From positions 11,238 to 75,237 of the IMG/VR virus record IMGVR_UViG_3300009428_000006: DNA of 64,000 nucleotides, one strand, 5' to 3'. Of the stretch, positions 1 to 10,127 are shown piece by piece (within the stretch, counting starts at the first letter, position 1; each line of letters opens with the position of its first letter). The stretch comes from a virus. The notes beneath the pieces were generated by a model. It did not search any database. It was not told the origin of the DNA and saw nothing but the letters and a program-made list of their open reading frames with translations. A program made the translations under genes and the position numbers.

Positions 1-40
1 CCACCTCTTAGAGAATTATAAAACTAATAGATTAAGTCTT

Positions 41-490
41 ATGGAATCTATTTTTAAAAAGGTAAGTCCTAAACTTTATCACGTTTACAAACTTATGAAA
101 AATGGTAAGGAGGTCTATATAGGCCAATCTATAAATGTGTCAGCAAGGCTTAAAAAGCACCTTGACAAAGATTTCGATGAAATACTTATCTGCCAGTGCA
201 GGAATAAGGATGAGATGGATAATTTGGAGAACTACTTGATTCTAAAAATACTGCCTAAGTTAAATAACAAGGTGTTTTTAGACAAGGCAAGGTGTTTTGA
301 AGAAAATCCTTTTTCTTTTGAATTTAAAAAATTAGAAGATCTTGATTATGATTTCATACCTTGTATGTGGAACGTTTCTAAATCTGTAGATAGTGAGAAA
401 TACTTATACAGGTATCCGTATTTTGTAAAGAACAAATATAACATAACACCTGCTTGGAAACTTAGATGTAAAGATAAGGAAGAAAACTAG
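41..490 (+). CDS. GIY-YIG family nuclease-like protein
   Basis: VYKL...VYIGQS...ARLKKH motif followed by a conserved E and PKLN. Confidence 0.7.
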   Translation: MESIFKKVSPKLYHVYKLMKNGKEVYIGQSINVSARLKKHLDKDFDEILICQCRNKDEMDNLENYLILKILPKLNNKVFLDKARCFEENPFSFEFKKLEDLDYDFIPCMWNVSKSVDSEKYLYRYPYFVKNKYNITPAWKLRCKDKEEN

Positions 491-519
491 TTGACACCAA
501 AAGAAACCTTTAGTAGAAT
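491..519 (+). promoter_or_regulatory. sigma70 promoter
   Basis: TTGACA-17 bp-TAGAAT; overlaps an inverted repeat at about 502-540. Confidence 0.75.
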
Positions 520-576
520 TATATCTATTAAAGGTTTTCTCGTTTCTGAGATACCAAATTGTAAGGAGAGAGTGTT

Positions 577-1155
577 ATGTTTAAAAATATGATATCTGCG
601 GCAGCAAATGTTTTTGAGGTTTTTGATAAAGAAGGTAATTATTTACAGGATGTGACTTTAGTTGATTGTTGTCACATGGGACGCAATATGCAAGAAGTTT
701 ATCATTTCCTTCGTGAAGGGTTCGGATGTACCCTCAAGGCTAAGAAAGAGCTTGGTGATAATGGTCAGGGTTTTATTGACGAGTCAGGTCATTTCTATAA
801 TCGTTCTAATGCTTTTAAGATTGCTACTTCTAGTGGACAACCTTTCAACCCAGAGTATATTCTTCCTACTAAAAGACTTGATAGTAGTTGTATTAGACAT
901 TTCCCAGAAGAAGCTAATCTCTACGATTACGGTAAAGAAAACACTTTTAAATATAGTCTCAATCAGAAAGTAAGAGTTCAAGTGTTTAATGCTTTTAAAA
1001 CAGGCGTTATCGTTAAGAGAAGTTCTTACGAAACCAATCTAGGTATTAATTTTAAATACACTGTAGAGTATGGTGAAGGTCACGGAAATTGCATAGATGT
1101 TTGGGAAAAAGATTTGCACCTTATACAAAAATTACATTTTGTAGGTAAAATATGA
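577..1155 (+). CDS. hypothetical phage protein
   Basis: 192-aa ORF with AAGGAG RBS; QGFIDESGHFYNR motif. Confidence 0.75.
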   Translation: MFKNMISAAANVFEVFDKEGNYLQDVTLVDCCHMGRNMQEVYHFLREGFGCTLKAKKELGDNGQGFIDESGHFYNRSNAFKIATSSGQPFNPEYILPTKRLDSSCIRHFPEEANLYDYGKENTFKYSLNQKVRVQVFNAFKTGVIVKRSSYETNLGINFKYTVEYGEGHGNCIDVWEKDLHLIQKLHFVGKI

Positions 1156-1628
1156 GCTTATCATTCAGAGAGGGACTGCACTTTCACAGTTGGGACATTG
1201 TGCAAGAAAGAGAATACCTAGATTACAAACATGAGGAAATGGGCTTAACATTAAAAGACAGAATACGGGTTTGTAAAAAGTGTGGTAAGACAGAAAAGCT
1301 AGACACTCACTGTTTAGGCTTAAATCCGCCAGAGTATGTAGAAAGCTGGCATGAAATAAAGAAAGACTCTTGGAGGAAAGAGGATATGAGTAAACACAGT
1401 AATAAGCTCAATATAACCGAGTCAAAACTGTTTAAAGATGTAAGTAGTGTGATTGGTAAGGTGGCTGCATTAGAAGAGCTTACAAGGGCTTACAGGGGGT
1501 ATACTCCTGCATCAAACTCTCCCCCGTTTAATTGGCAGGAAGGACTTATAGACGCATTTTGGTGGTTCGGAACACCACAAGGTGGCGATTATTGGTATGA
1601 TATCTGGGAGAAGGGTGCTGACACTTAA
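1152..1628 (+). CDS. hypothetical protein (CxxC)
   Basis: ORF overlapping the end of the upstream gene. Confidence 0.65.
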   Translation: MSLSFREGLHFHSWDIVQEREYLDYKHEEMGLTLKDRIRVCKKCGKTEKLDTHCLGLNPPEYVESWHEIKKDSWRKEDMSKHSNKLNITESKLFKDVSSVIGKVAALEELTRAYRGYTPASNSPPFNWQEGLIDAFWWFGTPQGGDYWYDIWEKGADT

Positions 1629-2028
1629 GTAAAAATAATAGGGTCATCTAATCTAAAACCTTGCAGCTTACATACCAATTTTCAACTGGGATCTTGATTA
1701 AAATAGTCAAGATCTTTAAAATAGCTAAACTTTTGTTTTATATACATATTCCTTAAACCGCACCTATATGATAGGATGATTACTATTTAAACTATCAAAC
1801 CTAAGTATTTAATCAATTAATTGAATCGAATATGAGAGACTATTCGCATTTCACGTAGACTCTTTAGGTTATATATTAATACTTCCCAATGGACGATCTG
1901 ATGCTATTTCATGGATAGCTCATAACAAGAACACACAGATGTTTCATTGGTGAGTAGGTGATACTTCAAGTTAATATGGAGATTCACTTTTAGGTGCTTG
2001 TTGCTTTATGCCGAGTTACCGAATCTTT

Positions 2029-2075
2029 CAACACCAACCTCTAATAATAATAACAAGGGTTGGTGTTGCTTTTTT
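2029..2075 (+). terminator. Rho-independent terminator
   Basis: CAACACCAACCT / GGGTTGGTGTTG stem followed by a T-run. Confidence 0.7.
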
Positions 2076-2610
2076 AAGGCCCTTAAAGACATTTGCTATA
2101 AGTAAGTTTTAATAGTTTATTTATAGCGAGCGTTTCGAGTTGGGTGCGCCAGAGGAGCCATTGTAGGCCAAGCCCTTTACAGAGGGAGGACTTTACAGTA
2201 ATGCATAGTAAACCGATGACAGCAGGAAAGACTGCAACTATTTAACAAAAAAGGTACTTAGTACCAGATACGACTTACGGCTTCTCACGAGTGATTTATT
2301 CACCTGAGATTTGCGATTGTTAAATAATTACCATAATGAGGCAGCCCATGCGTAAAAGTACCTCAGCAAACCTGTAACAAGGTCGAGCCCATGTGCGGTA
2401 ATGTGTAATTAGGGATATTTCGTAGCAACGTACCAACTGAGAGAGTGCTACCCAGCAGCTTATGCTGTATCAGAGCAAGTCTGATCGAAAGTGGTGGTTG
2501 GATTTTTTATTATTAACTTAATAAGTGACTAGGGTAGCTCCCGAAAGGACACAATCACAGCTCTATGTCTTGTCACTTTATCATCTAGAGCTGGACACTG
2601 TGAGGTTAAT

Positions 2611-3147
2611 ATGAGTTTTGATTTAAATTGGCTTTTAACGAGGAAGGTCAGAAGTTGTCCTGTTGAAAGGCTTTTGAGTAAGGTTGAATATGACAAGAAC
2701 GGGTGCTGGAATTTTACTGGTAAAAAAGATTCTTGTGGATATGGTGTGTTTAAAATTGGTGGTAGAAGTTTAGGAGCTCATAAAGTTTCATATATACTGC
2801 ACAAGGGAGATTTTGATCAGACTAAGTTTGAAATGATGCACGAGTGTCATAACAGAGCTTGCATAAATCCTTGTCATATAAAGGTTGGTACTCACAGAGA
2901 GAACATGAACTATCCTGAGACTAAAGGGAGGATGGTAGGAAGTAAGTACCGTTTGGGTGATAATTGCTATACCTTCAACCTCATTGCTAAAAAAGAGGGT
3001 GAAACAATGCTCTTCGGATCTAGTTTTCAAGCTCAAAAGCTAGGTCTATCTAGTGGCAGAATATCACAATCCTGCAATAATATTAAAGGAAGACTCAGGT
3101 ATAGAGGTTTTAGATGGGAGTATAAAGGTACTTTATTGATCACATGA
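2611..3147 (+). CDS. HNH homing endonuclease
   Basis: CWNFTG..GYG..AHKVSY..HECHNRACINPCH motif; C-terminal NUMOD/HTH-like tail ending in GFRWEY. Confidence 0.9.
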   Translation: MSFDLNWLLTRKVRSCPVERLLSKVEYDKNGCWNFTGKKDSCGYGVFKIGGRSLGAHKVSYILHKGDFDQTKFEMMHECHNRACINPCHIKVGTHRENMNYPETKGRMVGSKYRLGDNCYTFNLIAKKEGETMLFGSSFQAQKLGLSSGRISQSCNNIKGRLRYRGFRWEYKGTLLIT

Positions 3148-3783
3148 CACTCTTAGAGGACATCTCCCTCCACAGGGATATGTGGCGTAGTCAGGATCAC
3201 GACACCTGATGGACTTAGCTTGAGTCGTGAGACTGCTGCTGAGTTATTTTTAATTAGAATTTAATAAGGAGAATATTATGCATGTGATTAAAGAGGGAAG
3301 TTTGACTATCTCTACGGAAGACTTTATTGACAATGGATTTATAGGGGTTTAATATGAAAGTTAAAGGTATGGATAAACTCTTAGAAGAAGGTTTTGAATG
3401 TATTCTTGAAATTGAGAGGCTACTCTGTCTTGTAGATTTTAAACTTAAAAATGGAGAGTTTACAGGTCCATAAATATAATAGTGGAATTAAATGATGATT
3501 ATGGACCATTGGTTGGAGATGATCAGAGATTGGATTATCTAGGATAGAGTTTATTGGTGTGTGATAACCATCGGCGTAGGATGACCCACAAGCCCGTGAA
3601 TATCGATAAGAGTTGTTTTTATTATCACACAACCAATAAATTTTAAGCAGTCCTGTCCTCTTACGCTTGATTACAAGTATTGATAACAGCCAACTGCTGA
3701 CAAATATGCCTTTCAAGCCTATCATATGAAGCTCAAATCGTAAAGGCTTTTTTTATAACAACCATAACCTACAAGGAGGAACT

Positions 3784-4353
3784 ATGGCTAAAGCTACTAA
3801 AGCTAAAAGCGGTGCTGGCTTTGCAGGTATGGACCCTGAACAAGCAGATGCTATTAGGAAGAAAGGTGTTGCAGCTAGAAAGCGTAACAATGAAATACGT
3901 AATCAAAGAATAGCTGAAGCAGATAAGCTACGTGATGAAGCACAGAGACTTCAAGAAGAGGCTGAACGTTTAAGGCAAGAGGCTGATGATATAGATGGTG
4001 AATACACATCTGATCGTTCTAAGAAGAAAAAAGAGGCTGCACTAGTGGCCGAAATAGATGAACGATTCCGTGACTCTGTAAGTGCTCAATATCTCAAGAT
4101 GATTAAGCAACATGCTATTCTAAGAGGGCTTACAGCAGATGAAATAGTTACACCTTCTATGCTTGCTATGGATATATTAGCAGATCCTAATACCAAATTG
4201 AAAGAGAAGCAGGATGCTCGTAGGGAGCTAATGCAGTTTGAGAACTCTAAGCCTGTTGCTAAGACAGATGAAACATCTGATGTGGTTGGTAGTGCGGAGG
4301 AGGAGATTGCTAAGTTAATGGTGAAGGCAGAAGAATCTTCTCCTAAAAGATAA
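3784..4353 (+). CDS. probable terminase small subunit
   Basis: Position upstream of TerL, basic N-terminus, coiled coil, AGGAGG RBS. Confidence 0.55.
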   Translation: MAKATKAKSGAGFAGMDPEQADAIRKKGVAARKRNNEIRNQRIAEADKLRDEAQRLQEEAERLRQEADDIDGEYTSDRSKKKKEAALVAEIDERFRDSVSAQYLKMIKQHAILRGLTADEIVTPSMLAMDILADPNTKLKEKQDARRELMQFENSKPVAKTDETSDVVGSAEEEIAKLMVKAEESSPKR

Positions 4354-4366
4354 TCAAGGAGGTCTT

Positions 4367-5038
4367 ATGAAATCAAGAGACAAACCTTGCCCTGTTGGAG
4401 AAGTTTTCGGAAAGTTAACAATACTTAAAGAGATCGAGCCTCAATACAGAGGCAAGGTCAGATACAGAAGAGTGAGAAGGGTTTTAGTGTCTTGCTCTTG
4501 CGGTAGCGGAGAGAAAGAAGCGGATCTAAAAGATGTCAGATTAGGTAAGGCCACCTCCTGTGGATGTGCAAGGTGGGATAAGATAATCAAACACAGTGAA
4601 TCTCGAACGCCTCTGTAAAAGCAATATACAAACATGAAACAAAGATCTAGGAAAAGAAAAGAGATAGGAGATGATTGTAACGTGTTTCCAGAGTGGCTAG
4701 AGGGAGATGGTAAAGGTTATCTTTCCTTCAAGAAATGGTCGCTAGAGAATGGATATGAAGAAGGTGTCACCTCTCTTTGCAGAAACGGAGACAAAGGGAA
4801 TTACGAACCCGATAATTGCAGATGGGCAACTGCCCAAGAAAATACAGAAGAAGCTATTGCGAAAAGGTTTCTAGTAAAAAGGGTGGAAGATGGTGACTGG
4901 AAAGAGATTTACAATTTAGCAAAGTTCTCCAGAGAAAATAATCTGTTAGCAGGATCAATGCACAATGTTAAGATAGGAATAGCGACTCAACATAGAGGCT
5001 GGATGTGTAGACCATTAGAGGAGAGGGAAGATGTCTAA
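4367..5038 (+). pseudogene. HNH-type endonuclease with in-frame TAA (4616-4618)
   Basis: ORFs 4367-4618 and 4634-5038 share one frame: CSCG..SCGC..HSESRTPL*KQYTNMKQR..GNYEPDNCRWAT; the stop sits where a Tyr is expected. Confidence 0.8.
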
Positions 5039-6395
5039 TAATGCACTCTCCTCTGGATCATTTAAACACCCTTATAGTTTAAAGACGGCAAGATGGATAA
5101 GAGAAAAACTTATCATGGAGCAATCTGAAAGTAAAAGGTCAGCATTCTTGAAAGATCTTGAGTCGATGTTTGGAAACAGGTATGCAGAAGTTCTAAGATA
5201 CATCTCAAATGATATAAGAATTTTTCTCAGAGACGATCAACTGACACCTCCTTACGAAGATAAGTCTTGGGTAGGGGCTATATGGTGTACAGGTCGCGGT
5301 TTCGGAAAGAGTTATTGTGGAGCGGCTGCCGTTATAGAATTTGCTATACAGACACCAAATGCACGTATAGGCCTCTTAGGCCCAACGTTTGCCATGTCCA
5401 AGCAAAACATGATTCAAGGCTCATCAGGTATATTAGGACTTTCCCCTATAGGATTTAAACCCAAGTACAATAAAAGTGATGGTACTTTAACTTGGCCCAA
5501 TGGTGCCACAGCTAAAGTCTTCTCAGCAGAGAATGGTGACCGTGTTCGTGGGGAAAACTTTCATCTTGTTTGGTCAGATGAGTGGGCGTTCTTCAAGAGA
5601 TCAGCAGGAGATGATGATATATGGGACAATGCTAAGAAGGCACTACGTGCTGGCAGGTATCCTCGATATGTAATAACCACCTCCCCTCGCCCTATAAAGG
5701 GTTTGAAAGATCTCTACAAAGACTCCAAAAAAGAAAATTCCAACATAAGATTTACCACAGGAACCACCTTTGATAATTATTCATTGCCACAGTCTTTCAT
5801 AGATGAGGTTAAGCTTGGAGAAGGCACAAGCCTTTATAACCAAGAAATACTTGGAATGATCCTAGAAGAAAATCTTGGTGCCATTTTCTCATATGAATCC
5901 ATCGAAAGGATTAATCTTGATGATGTAGGACTTGATCCTGATAAATATGATGAACGCTATCTAAAACTAGTAAAGTCTATGGACTCTATAGTTGTAGCTG
6001 TCGATCCTAACGTGGTTGAAGATATTAACTCAGATGAGACAGGTATCACAGTTGTAGGTAGGAAGAATGACAAAGGTTATGTATTCAAAGATGCCTCTCG
6101 AAGAGGTAAGATATCTGAGATATATAGAGACATCGTAAGACTATATTATGAATACAATGCAGATGCTGTAATTATAGAAACCAACAATGGTGGTGACTTT
6201 ATACCAGCAGATATTTTCAACATCGACCCAATGGTAGTTGTTAAGAAAGTATTTGCATCCAAAGGTAAACGTGCTCGTGCAGAACCGATTGGTTTACTAT
6301 ACGAGAGAGGTAAGATATACCATGTAGGTATTCATCGAGACCTTGAAGCACAGATGTGTGAGTACAATCCACAGGTGCATAAGAAATCGCCAGAT
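5031..6395 (+). CDS. terL: terminase large subunit, exon 1 (455 aa)
   Basis: Walker A GRGFGKS, Walker B WSDEW, coupling motif TTSP, nuclease VDP; ends at ...KKSPD. Confidence 0.95.
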
Positions 6396-7628
6396 TATGT
6401 TATCGGTCTGGTATCATTAGAAATAGTGATAATTGTAATCTCTCTAATGCAGGAACATCCTTAGAGCTTTAAAGTACTGTTCACAGATAGTAATATACTG
6501 TGTTCACCATTTTGTAACGGAAGTGGGTATAGTGAAAACCTTTAAAGATTGGATAACCAATGCAGCAAAGTCTCTCAAGAAGAGATGGGCTCAACGACTA
6601 ACACCTTTAAGGTGTGTAGGTTCCAAGTGGAATCGAAACGGGAGACTCTTAACACGTAATGGTGAAGATGAAGATATAGTCTGACCTTTATGGAAACATA
6701 AAGATGTAATAGGAGCATAAATTATGGACAAAGAAAGAGCAATGGAATTGTACCAAAAGGGTAGTAAATCTTATAGAAGGATTTATCAACTATGGACAGG
6801 AGCTTCTGATGATGAAATATCAGGAATGCATATACATCATAAAGATCATGACCACAGTAATAATCATCCAGAGAACTTAGAGTTACTTACTCCTGATGAA
6901 CATGCTAAGAAGCATGGTTTTATTAACAACTTTGTAATGGCGCAATCTAGAGCGGTAGAAAGAGCTGCACACCCAGAAGTCAGAAAGCGGGTAGCTGAGA
7001 AGATCAGGGGCGAAAATAATGGCAGTTACGGAATATCATTTAGAGATCGTTTTTCTACTGAAGAGGAATATGAAGCTTTCTGTGTAAAATACAGAAGAGG
7101 TAAGAACAATTCTCAATATGGAAATGTAGGAAGGATCTCAGGTGACAAGAGTCCTATGAGGAAACTGACACCAGAGCAAAAATAAGCTTGGAGATTAAAG
7201 ATATCAAAACCTGTCACAGAAGAAGCTTTGATCAATTTAAGGGAAGCAGCCAGAAAGCCTGAGAGAAGAAAAAAGATATCTGAGAAAATGAAGGGTAATA
7301 CGTCTAACCAAGTGTTTCAAGATAAGATCAGAAACATGGATGAGGTAGAGCTTGAAAACTATCTTAAAGATAAGAAACCTTCTTTCATAACTTATGTCAA
7401 CAATCTTATAAATCCTCCAGAGAAGAAAAAGCCATACGTAAAGCCTCCTCCTAAAACAAAGGAACAATCAGAACGAGATCTTATACTTAGATTGAAAGCA
7501 CTTTCTGATGAAGAGTTCCAAAACAAGATAGACGGAAAAGGTAAGAAATACGTAAACAAGTTAATAAAATTAAGAAACACACCTATTACAACTGAGGGAT
7601 AAACTAAACTCAGTAACAAAGAAAAAAG
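6396..7628 (+). mobile_element. group I self-splicing intron (1233 nt) in terL
   Basis: Exon CCAGAU pairs with IGS GUCUGG (6406-6411) with U.G at the splice site; AUCG (6402-6405) pairs with exon 2 CGAU (P10); P7 elements CAACGACUA (6592-6600) and AAGAUAUAGUC (6671-6681); terminal G7628; splicing restores SPD|RLDSLVWGL. Confidence 0.93.
6724..7602 (+). pseudogene. intron-encoded HNH homing endonuclease with in-frame TAA (7183-7185)
   Basis: HIHHKDHDHSNNHPENLELL motif and NUMOD3-like repeats; ORF 7228-7602 continues in the same frame (EQK*AWRLK). Confidence 0.8.
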
Positions 7629-7838
7629 CGATTAGATTCCCTAGTTTGGGGACTAACATACTTATATCCAAGTTCCATGAGAGGTATGTTTGACAGTGAT
7701 ACTGTAACTGACTCTATGGATACTGGTTCAAAAACTAAAGTTACCGACTTGTATGAAGAATTATATAGTCAAGTTGATAACGCTTATAATCCATATAGTT
7801 TGATTGGCTTTGTGGATGATGAAGATGTCTTCATGTGA
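7629..7838 (+). CDS. terL: terminase large subunit, exon 2 (69 aa)
   Basis: RLDSLVWGLTYLYP... completes the PDRLD nuclease motif; TGA at 7836-7838. Confidence 0.9.
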   Translation, partial: RLDSLVWGLTYLYPSSMRGMFDSDTVTDSMDTGSKTKVTDLYEELYSQVDNAYNPYSLIGFVDDEDVFM

Positions 7839-7863
7839 AGATATTAAATAAAGAGGAGGATTA

Positions 7864-9408
7864 ATGGCTGAAAGCAACAATGACCCACTAAATACCCTCA
7901 TTGATAGTCCCGTATTAGATAACGGGAAAGTCCCGAAGCCAGCAGGTGAATCTGATGGTTATGTAGATTGTAGCCTCTACACGGACGAAAGAAACCCCAT
8001 ACCTAGTCTAAAAACTATAGGTGGAAAGGTTGAGGTATTTAACCAGATGCAGATTAACTCTACAATCTCTGGTATTATACTTGCTTTTAAATCATTATGT
8101 CAAACTCCTAAACTTATTGTAACTGAAAACCCAGATGACCCTGATAGGGAACGGGCAAGTAAGCGAGCTAAGTTCTTAGAGGAATGTCTTGATGATATGC
8201 AGACACCATTTTCTGATGTAATTGCAGAGATACTTGATATGCTCGCTATGGGCTTCAAGATAATGGTTCCTCAATTCAAGGCAAGAACAGGTTACGATAA
8301 TAATCCTAGTTTTAATAGTAGATACTATGATGGCAAGATAGGTTGGAAATCCTTCCTACCAGTCAACCCTAAGACTATTTACAAGTGGAACTCTCCAAGA
8401 GGGACAGGCTTCCTAGGGTTAACAGGTATCACACAATTATCACCATACGATGCAAAAGAGGTAGAAATACCTCGCTCTCGTATGTTGTTATTTAGAACTA
8501 CTGCATCTAACAATGATCCAACAGGTAAGAGTTTACTTGAAGGTGCATACTTAGATTGGCTTGACTTAGTTGATGCTAACAAGATACAGATGACAGGTCT
8601 CCGTAGGAGCCTTGAGGGTATACCATATGCTCGTATTCATTCTAAGCTAGCCAATGATGCTAAGAATAACAAGTCCGCTGCTGCGGCTGTACAGGCCGTT
8701 AAAAAGGCTGTTCTTAATATTGATGCACGTAAGGATGAAGCATTTATCCTACCAGCAGATAGAGATGAGCATAATAACCTATTAGCTGAAGTCCGTATTA
8801 TGGGCTCAAGTGATGGTGGTGGTAACTCTAAGATCCAAGATGCTAAGATTATCATTGATCAGAAAGAGCAGTCAATAGCTCGTTCAATGCTTGCACAGTT
8901 CATGACTATTCAAGGTAAAGGTGGTTCATATGCGTTAAGCAAGAATCAGTCTGAAGTATTCATCAATTCACTTCGTGGAATAATGATCCAAATTCAAGGT
9001 ATTATGAACAATGAGGCAATCCCTCGTTTGTTTGCTATTAACCGTGAAGGTGTTTCAAAGGGAGATCATTTCTTACCTAAGATTACATTCTCAGAATTTG
9101 TTAAAGATGATGTTACAGAGTTCTTTGGTGCATTGCAGAAGTCTATTGAAATGGGTGTGTTTGAAGTAACACCTCAGATTCAGAACAAAGCAGCTCAGGT
9201 TCTCGGTGTTGATAACTCAGGACAGAAGGAAGGACTAGAAAGACGCTTAAAAGAAAAGGAAGAGTTTAAGAAACAAACTCAAGCCAGTAGTGTTGATAGT
9301 GCGGACAGCTCTGATGGTATAGACCCTCCTGTGAATGATAATGATATTCCAGATACAAAAGCAAGTGACATTACAGATGATACTCTGAAAAACATCTTAG
9401 ATGAATGA
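7864..9408 (+). CDS. portal protein
   Basis: 514 aa directly after TerL; DPTGKSLLEGAY and GSYALS motifs of DUF935-like portals. Confidence 0.88.
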   Translation: MAESNNDPLNTLIDSPVLDNGKVPKPAGESDGYVDCSLYTDERNPIPSLKTIGGKVEVFNQMQINSTISGIILAFKSLCQTPKLIVTENPDDPDRERASKRAKFLEECLDDMQTPFSDVIAEILDMLAMGFKIMVPQFKARTGYDNNPSFNSRYYDGKIGWKSFLPVNPKTIYKWNSPRGTGFLGLTGITQLSPYDAKEVEIPRSRMLLFRTTASNNDPTGKSLLEGAYLDWLDLVDANKIQMTGLRRSLEGIPYARIHSKLANDAKNNKSAAAAVQAVKKAVLNIDARKDEAFILPADRDEHNNLLAEVRIMGSSDGGGNSKIQDAKIIIDQKEQSIARSMLAQFMTIQGKGGSYALSKNQSEVFINSLRGIMIQIQGIMNNEAIPRLFAINREGVSKGDHFLPKITFSEFVKDDVTEFFGALQKSIEMGVFEVTPQIQNKAAQVLGVDNSGQKEGLERRLKEKEEFKKQTQASSVDSADSSDGIDPPVNDNDIPDTKASDITDDTLKNILDE

Positions 9409-9416
9409 GGTGATTT

Positions 9417-9719
9417 ATGAGCGGATTTTATTATGATATTAGATTAGTTGATTTAGATCTCAACCCATCTCAATTGAATAAGATTAGAGATTATGTCAGA
9501 GAAAAGATCCGTGATGTCGCTGCTGTTGATTCGGGGGAGTTTCTAAGAAGCTTAGCTACCCGATGGAATAAGAGTACAAAGATACTCACTATTTATTCCC
9601 CTCTATCTTACTCAGGTTATATAGAAAGTGGGAATATCAATTATATGTACCATAAAGAGAAGGTCAAAAAGGCATTAAGTTCTATGGGGCTTAAGCCATC
9701 ACCTATTCGGTACTATTAA
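9417..9719 (+). CDS. virion morphogenesis protein (HK97 gp10-like)
   Basis: VDSGEFLRSL...YSGYIESG motif. Confidence 0.5.
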   Translation: MSGFYYDIRLVDLDLNPSQLNKIRDYVREKIRDVAAVDSGEFLRSLATRWNKSTKILTIYSPLSYSGYIESGNINYMYHKEKVKKALSSMGLKPSPIRYY

Positions 9720-9729
9720 CGGAGGTTAT

Positions 9730-10125
9730 GTGTCAGTAATCATACCAGATATCCGTGAGTTTGATGAAGAGAAACGACATGTGTTAGGGCCAGTCCTTAT
9801 CCCTGATCGGTTTGACCTTCACAATGATGGATTATCTAAGAATGAGGTTGAGTATGCTTGCCATTATTATAACAAGAATCATTTTGGAAGCTGTGACTTA
9901 AATCACATGTTGCAAGTAGACTGTGCAAGGGTTATTGAATCATACATCTTAGAGGTCGATTGTGAGATTGACGGAGAAACCTTAGTAGCAGGTACGTGGA
10001 TGGCTAAGACTGAGATTGATAGAACGCATGTCGGAGACGTAGTGTGGGAAATGCTTATCACAGGAGAATTGGCAGGATATAGTCCTGAGGGCTCAGTTTT
10101 TGAGCATAAGGTATTAGAGGAGTAA
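9730..10125 (+). CDS. XkdF-like putative prohead protease
   Basis: VLGPVLIPDRFDLHND...GTW...VWEMLITGELAGYSPEG. Confidence 0.8.
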   Translation: MSVIIPDIREFDEEKRHVLGPVLIPDRFDLHNDGLSKNEVEYACHYYNKNHFGSCDLNHMLQVDCARVIESYILEVDCEIDGETLVAGTWMAKTEIDRTHVGDVVWEMLITGELAGYSPEGSVFEHKVLEE

Positions 10126-10127
10126 TA

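Noticed and set aside
3205-3232. Hammerhead ribozyme
   Set aside because: CUGAUG is followed by G rather than A, and GUGA replaces GAAA after stem II.
3420-3725. 101-aa minus-strand ORF
   Set aside because: Runs opposite to local transcription, lacks an RBS and overlaps short + strand ORFs and a terminator-like stem.
6396-6464. C-terminus YVIGLVSLEIV... of TerL in the ORF track
   Set aside because: This is read-through into the intron; the true C-terminus is exon 2 (7629-7838).
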